Shown: one piece after another, positions 1 through 9,914 of the stretch
How positions within the stretch are numbered: position 1 is the stretch's first letter
Layout of the letters: every line of letters starts with the position of its first letter
Assembly: GCA_963755715.1 (NCBI GenBank)
Contig: CAVWLW010000074.1
Span: forward strand, 1-64,000
Direction: 5' to 3'
DNA length: 64,000 nucleotides
Origin: an uncultured delta proteobacterium
Lineage (GTDB): Bacteria > Desulfobacterota > Binatia > UBA9968
The notes under the pieces: generated by a model
Seen by the model: only the letters and a program-made list of their open reading frames with translations
Databases searched by the model: none
Told to the model about the DNA's origin: nothing
Program-made: the position numbers and the translations under genes

Positions 1-154
1 ATGACCCATCGAGAAGCCAATGACTAGCTTTGTTACCCAGGTTCGGACCTTGTTGTTTAGGATAACCGTCATGTCACGGAGCTCCTAGTGTGCGCGGTCA
101 TAGGAGTGATTTTGATTCATCTCCCGGCTCTTGCCCTGACCGGTTTTTAAACCT

Positions 155-1492
155 ATGCAGCCCGTCTATTGCGCGCATTTTGGTTTAACTCGGGAACCTT
201 TCAATGTCACGCCGGATCCAAGTTTTCTCTATTTGAGCGCGAGCCATCAAGTGGCCCTGGCAAAGCTCATCTATGGGATTCGGAGACGAAGAGGTTTTGT
301 GGTGCTAACCGGAGAAGTGGGCACTGGCAAGACCACGTTGCTTCAATGTCTTTTGGAAGAGCTTAACGATGGCCACACCCGCTCTGCTTTCCTTTGCGAT
401 GTAACCGGCGGCCCTAGAGACCTCCTTCGCTCTTTGTGCCAAGATATTGGTTTAACTCTACCAAAAGAAACCGATATCCAGGACTATTTAATCTCCTTAA
501 ATGAGTTTCTGCTCGAATGTTATCAGAAAGGCGACAACGTCGCCGTGATTATCGACGAAGCGCAGAATTTGTCTACGGAGGTACTGGAGCGCGTGCGGCT
601 TTTATCGAATTTCGAGACCAGGCAAGACAAGCTTCTGCAAATCGTTTTGGTTGGACAACCCGAACTCAGCAATCGCCTAAACGAACCCGAGCTGCGCCAG
701 CTCAAGCAGCGTGTGGCGCTAGCGTCATCACTTAACTCCACTGAGCCTATCCGAGTGCGAGGAATACATCGCCAAACGGCTTGAGATCTCCGGCGGCACT
801 GCCTCGCTGTTTACCAACGGCGCGATACGTACCGTGCATACTTATTCCAGTGGCGTGCCGCGCCTCATTAACATCCTCTGCGATAATGGGCTGTTCAGTG
901 CTTACACTTTACGGAAGCCGTCCGTGGAACCGGCCATGATCGAAGAAATCGCTCAGGATCTACATCTCACGGTTGCACCGCCGAGTGGCCTTGTGGGACG
1001 GGAGAGCACTGCCATGAGCCCGAAGAGACATCTCTTGGGCGACGCAGACAAACGGGAATCCGAGCTCACTGAATTTGCAGACGAGGCACGCCACGGTCAA
1101 GTCCCAATCAAGCCCGTAGCGAAGCCAACGGCGCACCCTGAGTTGTCGCACATAAATCAAAGAGCGCTCATCAAATCCTGAACACTCCAGCGCGGCCCGA
1201 GAACAGCTCGCAGAACAAGTTTCAAGTGATACCAGCGTTCGTATCTAATGGGTTCTTTGAGTCGATGGCCCACGCCCTCGTCGAAGCCCTGGGGCCGATG
1301 GCCTCGATTATCATCCAGGATCAGATCGCAGCCATGGGTGAATCGAAGAATGCATTTCCAACAGTTCGACTTACGCAGCTGATCGATGAAGCCAGTCGTG
1401 AGATCGCAAATGAAGAGATGAAAATTCAGTTTCACGAGCTGATGTCCAAAGAAATCCACGCCATCGGTTATGATCCGTCCAGAAGTCAATGA
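155..1492 (+). CDS. ExeA/GspA-like AAA ATPase with small C-terminal helical domain; broken by two frameshifts (ORFs 155-784, 834-1181, 1226-1492)
   Basis: N-terminal HFGL..EPF..TPDP.FLY; Walker A GEVGTGKT; Walker B IIDEAQ; GQPEL. Removing one base near 722 restores RHHLTPLS..EYI..RL and joins to SSGVPRLINILCD. Confidence 0.8.
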
Positions 1493-1811
1493 TTAGCTTC
1501 CTTACCCACATTTCTGGCGTTCCTTTCAGGCGGCATCATAACCGTCGTGGCGCTGCTAGTCTGCGCCGTAGCGACTGAAAGCGAAGATGAGACCGAAAAA
1601 GGAATAGTCGCGAGAAGGTCACGAGTCGGACAAGCGTCTAGCGGACACACCGGGCTTCATTATCAACCAACATTTCTCGCCCCAATGTTTCAGCATCAAA
1701 CCGCCCGAAGACATACCATTAATTATATCCCTGAGGACGGGATACGAGCTTGGGATCTCTCGGGAAACGGTTTGCTAGAATAGGTATTTCGTTCCCTGTC
1801 GGGAGATTGTC

Positions 1812-1874
1812 AAGCAGGTCGGCCTGACGATTCCACCGAATGTGCTTGCAAGGGCGGATAAGGTGATTCGATGA
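1812..1874 (+). pseudogene. C-terminal remnant of an ABC transporter substrate-binding protein (ABC_sub_bind type)
   Basis: Translates KQVGLTIPPNVLARADKVIR-stop, the characteristic tail of this family; no upstream body. Confidence 0.7.
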
Positions 1875-1989
1875 AGAAGTCGGACGGCCCGCAGGAGCAG
1901 ACAGTTGTAGGAGCGAATCCTGACTGGAGCTGAATCAGCCTGTCAGATGGATAGTTGTTTTCCCCAGAGATTGCCGTTACGGCGACTGG

Positions 1990-2186
1990 GGGAACCGGAA
2001 AAGAAACGTACCCAATGGGCTTTGACCCAGGAAGATATGAAAAATTGCGTGTGGCTAAAGCCTAAACTAGTTGCGCAGATAGAGTTTGCCGAGTGGACGC
2101 CAGACGGTCACCTGCGGCACTCCATCTTTGTCGGTTTGAGAGAAGACAAAGACGCAAGCGGGGTTGTACGGGAAATCGGCCATTGA
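1990..2186 (+). pseudogene. C-terminal OB-fold remnant of an ATP-dependent DNA ligase (LigD/LigC type)
   Basis: CVWLKPKLVAQIEFAEWTPDGHLRHSIFVGLREDK matches the LigD ligase C-terminus; catalytic domain absent. Confidence 0.8.
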
Positions 2187-2412
2187 GCCAAACGAAAAAT
2201 AAACGCGTAGGGGCGACCGGCGGTCGCCCGGATTTATCATTGCGGCCGCTGCGGGGAAATCTGCCCAAGAACCGATCCAACCGCACTTCCGCGCTACAAT
2301 TGGGGCAATCGATGGCGACCAAGCGCGGCACATAAACCATGTTGCCGAATTCAACCGGGACTGGCTTCGGGATCTTCATCGCTTTGATGATCGCTCCGCA
2401 CGGACAGGTCAC
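2062..2412 (-). CDS. Small Zn-ribbon-like hypothetical protein (TCPCG...CPNC); ends uncertain
   Basis: Two Cys pairs; degenerate homologue at 47430-47582; the 3' part of the called ORF overlaps the ligase remnant and is probably read-through. Confidence 0.45.
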   Translation of the reverse strand: MTCPCGAIIKAMKIPKPVPVEFGNMVYVPRLVAIDCPNCSAEVRLDRFLGRFPRSGRNDKSGRPPVAPTRLFFVWLNGRFPVQPRLRLCLLSNRQRWSAAGDRLASTRQTLSAQLV

Positions 2413-2573
2413 CTTGTGATCTTTTGACGCTGATCGCGTCGACCACTAATCGATCCATACGTAAAGCTAAACCAATTCATCCAGTCGCCGACCCGGTTAG
2501 GCGCCAACAAACGTTGATGCCATCTAATTGCTCTACGACAATTGTTGGGAAGGTGACGAGTTTGCTTATTGCT

Positions 2574-2825
2574 TTAATTTATTTTCCAGAAGCGGTGGCG
2601 GCACTCTCTGCAGCGGTAGGGTCTGATAAAAACCAAGCTCAACGCTTTCTCTGCTAGATTCGTCAAATAAGATGGCCGCACATCCGTACTATCGCAATAT
2701 GGGCAAATTAGGCTTTTACTTTTATTTGCCGTCTTCCCATCTTGCCCGGTTGTTAGCCTGACTCTGCGCCGCACCCGACCGCTCACAGCGCTCTCTCTCT
2801 TCGGTTCTGATGACGATCTCGTCAT
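2574..2825 (-). CDS. Small Zn-ribbon protein (CPYC...YRCRECRHRF)
   Basis: Two CxxC pairs; ATG overlaps the upstream stop (ATGA coupling). Confidence 0.6.
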   Translation of the reverse strand: MTRSSSEPKRESAVSGRVRRRVRLTTGQDGKTANKSKSLICPYCDSTDVRPSYLTNLAEKALSLVFIRPYRCRECRHRFWKIN

Positions 2826-3175
2826 TGTGAGTTCTTTGATTTGAATAGAGAGTCAGCGAGAAAGCTAAGCCTCGTAATCTCATTGACGATCTCAGACCTG
2901 CCTGGATCCCCTCTCGGCGTCTCGGCAAACTGACGTGCAAGCTTATCCATTCGTCGCAAGAGCGTCGGACTCTCGGAAGGCAAGCTCCTTGGCGGTTGGC
3001 CGGAGCGCCCAAGCTTTTCCTGTATCCTTTGGATTTCGTCCCGGACGGTACCTACCTGCGAAAGCTCCTCGGCGATTGCCAGCGCACGAGGATCACCCTT
3101 TCGTATTGCGGTATATTGCCGCGTCAATTCGGCCAAACGTTTGTTCACCATTTTCAAAACAACGGGAGAAGGCAT
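2822..3175 (-). CDS. Small hypothetical protein with two internal helical repeats
   Basis: Repeats KRLAELTRQY..RKGDP..AIAEEL and RRMDKLARQF..PRGDP..EIVNEI; homologue at 47824; start placed at MPSPVV from conservation with that copy. Confidence 0.65.
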   Translation of the reverse strand: MPSPVVLKMVNKRLAELTRQYTAIRKGDPRALAIAEELSQVGTVRDEIQRIQEKLGRSGQPPRSLPSESPTLLRRMDKLARQFAETPRGDPGRSEIVNEITRLSFLADSLFKSKNSQ

Positions 3176-3651
3176 AGTGCCTGCTGATGCCTCTTTCACC
3201 GCGTAAATCGGATCCCAAACCAACGGGCGTTCCGTGCGGTGCGCTGTCCTCGCACTGTCCCGCCCATTCACTGCCTTGGTCAGTGCTACTGCTCAGAAGG
3301 ATTCGTGATGGCAACGCTAGAGTTGGTTCAAGAAGAATTAACCGGCTACCCCGCTGGCACGCAATGGTCATGCCATGGGCGAACAATTCTAATGCCGCGA
3401 TTTGTCGGGCGTGCAACAAAGCGTCTTGAAAAAAGAGTAAGTGAAACGTTTACAACCTGTCTCTAAAAACCTGACAGGAAGAAAGGAGCCGGGGGTCCGC
3501 CACGACCGATTTCTCAGTCGTTGAGATTGAACTGAATGACGCGTCAGGATTTTGGTAGAAGGATAATCTCCAAACGGAATGGGCCTGTCAGCACCCCATG
3601 AGTTTAAGCTGGGATTATCCGTCCCGAGTCGTGGACGAGCGTCGCCGAGCC

Positions 3652-4671
3652 CTAAACGGCGTCTGCGAGCCGGTAAAGCAAAGCTTTAGTTTCCTCGAAT
3701 CCAAGACATGCATCGGTGATGCTCTGACCGTACGTTATGGGTGCATTCTGACGGCCCGCGACAAGATGGCTCTCGATCATCAGCGCTCGAATAGGTGAAA
3801 TTCTTAGGTTCCCCATGATCGCGTTTGCCACGTCGATCTGCCGGGTCGCATCTTTGTCGCTGTTACCGTGGCTGCAGTCCACCATGAGGACCTCGGGAAG
3901 CTCGGCTGCGCGAAGAAGTCGAACCGCGCTTTCGATGGAGGCCGCATCGAAGTTGGGCCCGGTTTCACTACCGCCACGGAGCACGAGATGAGCGTAGGGA
4001 TTGCCGGTGGTTTCCAGGATAGCAGGGGCGCCTTCCTTGGTGAGAGACGGAAAAAGGTGTCGGCTGCGCGCGGCCTGTATCCCGTCCACAGCTACCTGGA
4101 CGTTACCGTCCGTGCGGTTCTTGATGCCGACCGGCATCGACAAACCCGACGCCAGCTCTCGGTGTATTTGGCTCTCCGCGGTGCGGGCTCCGATCGCACC
4201 CCAGCTGATGAGGTCGGTGTAGAACTGGCCAAAGGTCGTATCGAGAAACTCAGTCCCTGCGGGGACGCCTAGCTCCAAAATATCGGCGAGGAGTTGCCGA
4301 GCCAGTCGTAAGCCCTTGTTGATATGGTAGGACTCATCTAGGTCCGGATCGTTGATGAGTCCCTTCCAGCCCACCACCGTTCGCGGTTTTTCGAAGTAGA
4401 CGCGCATGACAACGAGAAGCGCATCGGATAGCGCGTCGGCGATCGGTTTGAGTTTGGTTGCGTATTCGAGCGCGGCCCTGGTGTCATGTACAGAGCAAGG
4501 CCCGACTACCACGAGTAGCCGCGCATCCTTGCCGTCGAGAATCGCCTCGATCGCTCGGCGCGCCTCGTATACTCTTGTTGACGCGGTGTCGGTAAGAGGG
4601 ATTTCCTCGGCGAGTATGGCCGGCGCGAGCAATGGCCGGGTTTTGACGATACGTAGATCGTCAGTCTTCAT
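3652..4671 (-). CDS. aroG: 3-deoxy-7-phosphoheptulonate (DAHP) synthase, class I AroF/G/H type
   Basis: GPCSVHD, RVYFEKPRT, WKGLINDP, IGARTAESQ.HRE, DCSHGNS, SITDAC motifs. Confidence 0.95.
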   Translation of the reverse strand: MKTDDLRIVKTRPLLAPAILAEEIPLTDTASTRVYEARRAIEAILDGKDARLLVVVGPCSVHDTRAALEYATKLKPIADALSDALLVVMRVYFEKPRTVVGWKGLINDPDLDESYHINKGLRLARQLLADILELGVPAGTEFLDTTFGQFYTDLISWGAIGARTAESQIHRELASGLSMPVGIKNRTDGNVQVAVDGIQAARSRHLFPSLTKEGAPAILETTGNPYAHLVLRGGSETGPNFDAASIESAVRLLRAAELPEVLMVDCSHGNSDKDATRQIDVANAIMGNLRISPIRALMIESHLVAGRQNAPITYGQSITDACLGFEETKALLYRLADAV

Positions 4672-5083
4672 ATCCCCGTTCGCAGTCTAGAAAGAACCGA
4701 AGAATTTTCGAAACAGCTACGCTTCACCGCCTCTGCGAAAACGCAAGGGGCTGGCGAAGGGACAAAATGGACTACTATCCTGCATTTTGAATAGAGGGTA
4801 CCCGACTACAGGAAATTATGTCAACCAAGTGCCAGGACCCGTACCCGTAGCGTCTATACCCCAGTCTGTAAGGTGGACCGGAGTTTTCTCTCAAGACCAA
4901 TCTCTGAACAGAATGTATTGCTAATATTCGCTGATAGCTTCAAATTATGGTTGAAATGAGTTCAGTTTGTTTCAAGCCTTTGATCCGAGGTGAATTCAAT
5001 TACACCACATAACAAAGTCCGCCGGATGAACAGACCTACTTATCAATTTTCGGGCAAGCCCGGGCCGTCCCTTTTATTTGCAG

Positions 5084-5572
5084 CTAAGGAGCTGACGGCT
5101 CCGACTTTTTTACGATGTCTAGAAACGCCATGAGTTGCTCGATAAATCCTATTTGTGCCGGAAGGATGCGCTTGCGGGCCTCCGGGATATGGAACCATGC
5201 GCCGCGATCGACTTCGGGGAATTCTTGCGTCTTTCCAGACTTTGGCGGCCACTCCATCGAAAATAGGTTACTGCGAAGCTGGGCGGGATCGCAGTCACCT
5301 TCAATCGCCCACGCGTGAACTATTTTACCGCCGGATTGTTTCACCGGATCGAGCGCGCGAAAGTCGCCGTCGATCGGGAAACCGGTTTCTTCGGTAAATT
5401 CACGCTTGGCGGTCTGAAGCGGGTCCTCGCCTTCGTCGATTTGTCCCTTGGGCAATGACCATGCGCCAAGATCTTTCTTCGACCAGAAAGGGCCGCCGGG
5501 ATGAACGAGGAAAACTTCGAGCTCGCCGCGACGGCGATACAATAAAAGTCCAGCAGTATTTTTTTTCGCCAT
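5084..5572 (-). CDS. NUDIX hydrolase
   Basis: LVHPGGPFW; Nudix box G.IDEGED..QTAKREFTEETG; FPEVDR. Confidence 0.92.
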   Translation of the reverse strand: MAKKNTAGLLLYRRRGELEVFLVHPGGPFWSKKDLGAWSLPKGQIDEGEDPLQTAKREFTEETGFPIDGDFRALDPVKQSGGKIVHAWAIEGDCDPAQLRSNLFSMEWPPKSGKTQEFPEVDRGAWFHIPEARKRILPAQIGFIEQLMAFLDIVKKSEPSAP

Positions 5573-5714
5573 GATTCCTGTCGTCGTAAAATGATTATAC
5601 GTAACAGAATTAGGCTACACCACGAAGCACAGGAAGACCACGAAGATGACATACTGCTCCTTACCGCAGTTGCGCGAGACAACGCGGAGGGAAAAAATCG
5701 GCAGCAGTACTGAT

Positions 5715-6530
5715 TCAGACGATAGATCTAGCCGGCTTGGATGCTGCGGGGAAAAGGTCGTGCTTGGTGAGAAATTCGATCATGAAGCGATCGAAAAGCC
5801 AGGGCTGCTCGATTTGACAGGCGTGGCCGGCGCCGGGCAAAGTCTTCAGCTCGCAATTGGGTATGCGTGCTTGCAGCGCGAAAGCACGTTGATGGCTGTT
5901 GTCCTCGCTGCCGGTCAGAATGATCGTCGGACAGGCGATACGCTCATGATGGCCGTCCGGATAAGGCTGCGCCAGCGCTTTGAACTGATGGATGATCGTT
6001 TCCACGTCGGCGTGTTCGTTGCGTTCGCTGAAAAGGTTGGCAAAGAAGTGCGCCAGTGGAGTGGTGCGAAACGCCGCGCTTAGATCTTCGAACGTGTAAG
6101 CCCAGCGATAGTCGATGCCATTGGCCGTGTAGTTATCGATCCTTCCTTTGGTGAATTCCTTGTTCGGATTGTAACCGGTGCCTGACAACACGAGCGCCGC
6201 GGTTCTGTTGGGACGAAGGTGGTACATATGGGGGGCGAGCGACGAGCCGACCGAACAGCCGACCAGAATCGCTTTTTCGCCGGGGAGCGCGTCGTCGATC
6301 GCTTCCCAACAGGCCTCGGCCATGTCGTTCATCGTCAGGCCGGCGTCGGCCTTGGGCGAGCGCCCGTATCCCGGAATGTCGATGGCAATGCAGCGATACC
6401 AGGTCGACAAATGCGCCATCTGAAAAATCCAGCACGCATTGTCCATGGGGTTGGGATGAATAAAGGCGATTACCGGTCCCGTGCGTCCCATTCGTTCGTA
6501 GTAAAGCGGTCCGTGAATATGCTCGGCCAT
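5715..6530 (-). CDS. Alpha/beta hydrolase
   Basis: DIPGYGRS, nucleophile elbow GCSVG, GSED acid, GAGH catalytic His. Confidence 0.88.
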   Translation of the reverse strand: MAEHIHGPLYYERMGRTGPVIAFIHPNPMDNACWIFQMAHLSTWYRCIAIDIPGYGRSPKADAGLTMNDMAEACWEAIDDALPGEKAILVGCSVGSSLAPHMYHLRPNRTAALVLSGTGYNPNKEFTKGRIDNYTANGIDYRWAYTFEDLSAAFRTTPLAHFFANLFSERNEHADVETIIHQFKALAQPYPDGHHERIACPTIILTGSEDNSHQRAFALQARIPNCELKTLPGAGHACQIEQPWLFDRFMIEFLTKHDLFPAASKPARSIV

Positions 6531-6544
6531 GATGATGCTCCTTT

Positions 6545-6669
6545 TCAGGCTGTTGAAAAAGGCTCATTTGCTTCGTTGCGCTCAACCGATTTCACGTCAA
6601 CGTACAAGAGTACGCCTCCGCTCATCGATCTTCGCACGCCTCGCAACTGAACCTTTTTGACCAGCCTGA
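6545..6669. mobile_element. MITE-like element (~125 bp) with ~27-bp imperfect terminal inverted repeats
   Basis: Left end TCAGGCTGTTGAAAAAGGCTCATTTGC; reverse complement of right end TCAGGCTGGTCAAAAAGGTTCAGTTGC; no ORF. Confidence 0.7.
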
Positions 6670-6684
6670 ATCTATCCACGTAAA

Positions 6685-7770
6685 TTAGTTTTCGCGAGGC
6701 TTGAACGGATTTTCCTTGCCAAGTCCTTTCATCAAGCCGGGTTGCGCGCCTTTTTGCAGAGAATCGGCGAGCGCGACGAGATATTTTTCTTGCTCGATAG
6801 CCTCGTAGAGCGTCATCGAGCCGTCGGCTTTTAATGCTTTGCCGCCCATGAAATGAAAGGAGTGACAATCCCAGTCGTAGAACTCATCCCCGCGGTCGCA
6901 TATTTCTTTCCACCTGATGCCGACAGGACTTCGGTGCAGACCGGTGCGCGCCGGCAGCGCCTCTTGTTGCTCCAGGGAAAGATTCAGATCGGCCTTATAG
7001 CCTGCTTCTTCGGGAATGCCATCCCACATGCGACGATAGTTGGGTAGGAATTCATCCTGGCGAACCGTCAGTGCTGTGTGCATGTCCCACCAGGTTCCAT
7101 GTCCGGATACGCGCTCATCGACCTTGTCGACCAACTTGTAAACTAGCCGGCCGCCCGCGCGCAAACGTAAAACCAGTGTTCCCTCGGCGGTCTTAGAATT
7201 TTGCTCCGGCGCGATGCCACAATACTTTTCGAAGAAGGCGGCGGTTCTTCCAAGGTCGCGCGCGCCGTAGACACAGTGGCTGATGCGCCCGACTTTCTCT
7301 TCCGTGGCGATCTCCATGGCGCCTTCCGGCATCCGCGAGGGTGCCCAGAACTCATATTGGTTGCCGTCCGGATCGGCGAAATAAATGATCGTGCCGTCGT
7401 CGCCGTCGGCAGCCGTGCGGATTGCGCCACTGTGCGGAATCTTGTGCTGATCGAGCCGGCGCAAGTGCATGTCGATATCCTCTGGCCGGATATAAAAGCC
7501 GCAGCGCGGCAGATCCTCGCCGAGAGCTTTGGCCGGCGGGTAGATCTCGGGCTGGAGGAATGCTCCGATGCGGCACGAACCGCCGTCCCACCACAAGAAG
7601 CTGGTGATCTTAATGTTTCTTTTCCGCGCGGCGGTCGTGAGCCCGATGATGGGCCGCCGGGTTATGCCTGTGGCGTTGACTGCCCAATCTACCCATGCGC
7701 CCATATCGTTGGTGCCGACGACATAATGATCGATCCAATGCACTGCACCCCGTGGTTCGACGTCATTCAT
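6685..7770 (-). CDS. Two-domain VOC (glyoxalase/extradiol dioxygenase-like) protein
   Basis: IDHYVV, YFADPDGNQYEF, second module ISHCVY..DL.R...FF. Confidence 0.75.
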   Translation of the reverse strand: MNDVEPRGAVHWIDHYVVGTNDMGAWVDWAVNATGITRRPIIGLTTAARKRNIKITSFLWWDGGSCRIGAFLQPEIYPPAKALGEDLPRCGFYIRPEDIDMHLRRLDQHKIPHSGAIRTAADGDDGTIIYFADPDGNQYEFWAPSRMPEGAMEIATEEKVGRISHCVYGARDLGRTAAFFEKYCGIAPEQNSKTAEGTLVLRLRAGGRLVYKLVDKVDERVSGHGTWWDMHTALTVRQDEFLPNYRRMWDGIPEEAGYKADLNLSLEQQEALPARTGLHRSPVGIRWKEICDRGDEFYDWDCHSFHFMGGKALKADGSMTLYEAIEQEKYLVALADSLQKGAQPGLMKGLGKENPFKPREN

Positions 7771-7979
7771 TATAGACCTCCGGCAATTTTACACTGAAAG
7801 AAAGTTCCAACCGTTCCAATTGTTGCGATCGGGCATTCAACGTAGCGAGCGGCATTCTTCCCGTCGCGTAGCAAACGGCGGAAAGACTGTCAAGCGAGTT
7901 TTCGTACAACGTTAAATACTCTGTAAAGCTTCCGAATGGCAAACGGCCGCAATCACCCAAATATTTAGTGCTGATCGAC

Positions 7980-8192
7980 TCAACGAGCGCCGATGCGCCG
8001 GCTCACCGTGGCCACATAGATTTCTCGCAGGAACCACACCAGGCCGAGAAAGAAAGTCAACATCGCCCCGATGATCCGGCCCGGCCGATGGGTCATGACC
8101 GCGAGGATCGCCCGATGCCGGAAAGAAGAAAAACCGACGCCACGGCGGGCTGGATCGGATGCGCGACGGCGACGTCGGAAAACTCAAGCACA
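7980..8192 (-). pseudogene. Internally deleted, frameshifted DUF2721-like membrane protein remnant
   Basis: Reads AHPIQPAVASVFLLSGIG/fs/AILAVMTHRPGRII joined directly to GAMLTFFLGLVWFLREIYVAT..RIG; family recalled from memory. Confidence 0.55.
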
Positions 8193-8398
8193 AAGTAATC
8201 CGATCTGCATCAGGTGTTGAGCTCCCAACGCCTTAGTCTCGGTTTATTATTTTTTATCAATTCGACGCGTCGAAGTCTGCAGCAGGGGTGAAATGGAAAT
8301 CAGTCTGCTCGGGCTCGTCTTCGATGCCGTTCGAGTTGGCGACAGCGACGCTTTGGGTTAGTCTACGCCGTGCGACGGACTCGCTCAGGGAGGCGATT

Positions 8399-8929
8399 AT
8401 GGCGACAGTGAAAGGGCTCGGCCACGTGGGGATTTACGTGCGCGACTTGGAACGGATGGTGGAGTTTTATCGCGACCTGCTCGGCATGCGCATCACCAAG
8501 CAGAATTGGCGCGCCGGCGTCGTATTTCTAAGCGCCGATCCGGCGAGCGTGGATCATGAGATCGCGCTCTTTCGCGGCCGGCCGGACGGCGCCGAGCCGC
8601 ACTCGATCAATCAGATCTCGCTCCGCGTGGCGACGCTCGACGATTTGCGTGTCTTTCATCGGCGATTGGTGGCCGAAGGTCTGCGGATCGACGCGGTGGT
8701 GAATCATGTCAGCGCGCTCGGCTGTTACTACTTCGATCCCGAAGGCAATCGCTCGGAAGTGTTTTGGCTGACCGGCCGGGCCTGTTGGGTGCCGATCGTG
8801 CATCTGATCGACATCGAGCAGCCCGATGAAGCTGTCCTGGCTGAGGTCGATAAGCTTTGGGAGCGACTGCGCCATGTGGGCATGGGCGAGCGGATGGCCA
8901 ATGAACCGGCGACGCTTCAGTTGGAATAA
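8399..8929 (+). CDS. VOC/glyoxalase family protein
   Basis: GLGHVGIYVRDLERM..FY, DHEIAL, YYFDPEGNRSEV; RBS GGGAGG. Confidence 0.88.
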   Translation: MATVKGLGHVGIYVRDLERMVEFYRDLLGMRITKQNWRAGVVFLSADPASVDHEIALFRGRPDGAEPHSINQISLRVATLDDLRVFHRRLVAEGLRIDAVVNHVSALGCYYFDPEGNRSEVFWLTGRACWVPIVHLIDIEQPDEAVLAEVDKLWERLRHVGMGERMANEPATLQLE

Positions 8930-8976
8930 ATTCAAAGCAGCGGGGCATCGCCGCCCGACGCACATCGAGGAGGACC

Positions 8977-9777
8977 ATGGATCTTCAACTCAAGGGCAAA
9001 AAAGCAATCGTCACGGGCGGTAGCGCCGGCATGGGCAAAGCAATCGCTCGCCAGTTGGCGCGCGAGGGTTGCGACGTCGTCGTCGGCGCTCGCACCGAAG
9101 CGCGACTGCAGGATGCCGCCGCCGAGATCGCAGAAGAAACAGGACGCAACATCGTTCCGCTCGTCGTCGATACGCTCGATGCCGCATCGATCGAAGCCTT
9201 CATTCAGCGGGCGGCCGAGGCGCTTGGCACAATCCATATTCTGGCCAATTGTGCCGCCCGCGTCGGCGGCACGATTCCTGATAACATGGAGTCGATCAGC
9301 GACGAGCAGATCGTCAAGGACTTCGAAGAAAAGTTCCTGGGCTACTATCGCTGCGCCCGCGCCGCTGCGCCGTACATGAAGCAGGCCGGTTGGGGTCGCA
9401 TCGTCAACTTGAGCGGCGGCGCCGGGCGCACGCCGGGGACGGGCATCAGCACGCCGGCGCGCAATATTGCCTGTGTCGCGCTGACGAAGTCGTTGGCCAA
9501 TACGCTCGGTCCTTATGGAATCAATGTGAATGCGATCTATCCCGGCACGACCATGACCGAAGCGGTCTCGGAGCGCCTCCGTGAGCAGGCGAAACGTCAG
9601 GGCAAAACTCTCGAAGCTCATCTGGACGAGCTACGCCAGCGCAGCGTGATTCGCCATCTAGTCAGCGCCGAAGACGTCGCCCAGGTCGTCACGTTTCTAT
9701 GCTCGCCCTTGGCCATCAGCATTACCGGCGAGGCGATCTCGGTTTCCGGCGGAGTGAATGCCGACATGCACTACTAG
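8977..9777 (+). CDS. Short-chain dehydrogenase/reductase
   Basis: TGGSAGMG Rossmann motif, VNAIYPG, ITGE; canonical YxxxK not evident; RBS GAGGAGG. Confidence 0.9.
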   Translation: MDLQLKGKKAIVTGGSAGMGKAIARQLAREGCDVVVGARTEARLQDAAAEIAEETGRNIVPLVVDTLDAASIEAFIQRAAEALGTIHILANCAARVGGTIPDNMESISDEQIVKDFEEKFLGYYRCARAAAPYMKQAGWGRIVNLSGGAGRTPGTGISTPARNIACVALTKSLANTLGPYGINVNAIYPGTTMTEAVSERLREQAKRQGKTLEAHLDELRQRSVIRHLVSAEDVAQVVTFLCSPLAISITGEAISVSGGVNADMHY

Positions 9778-9914
9778 TGAACCGTCAGCCGAGTGGCAAA
9801 AAAGTTTAACGCACAAAAGGTGAACACGATCGATCTTGCCATTCAGGCGTGGCCTGCGGGCAACAAACGTAGCCATGCCTTTTCTCGATGACGATTTTTC
9901 GCTAAGCCTAATCG

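Noticed and set aside
9780-9914. TPP riboswitch upstream of tenA
   Set aside because: No GCTGAGA or other TPP core motifs seen.
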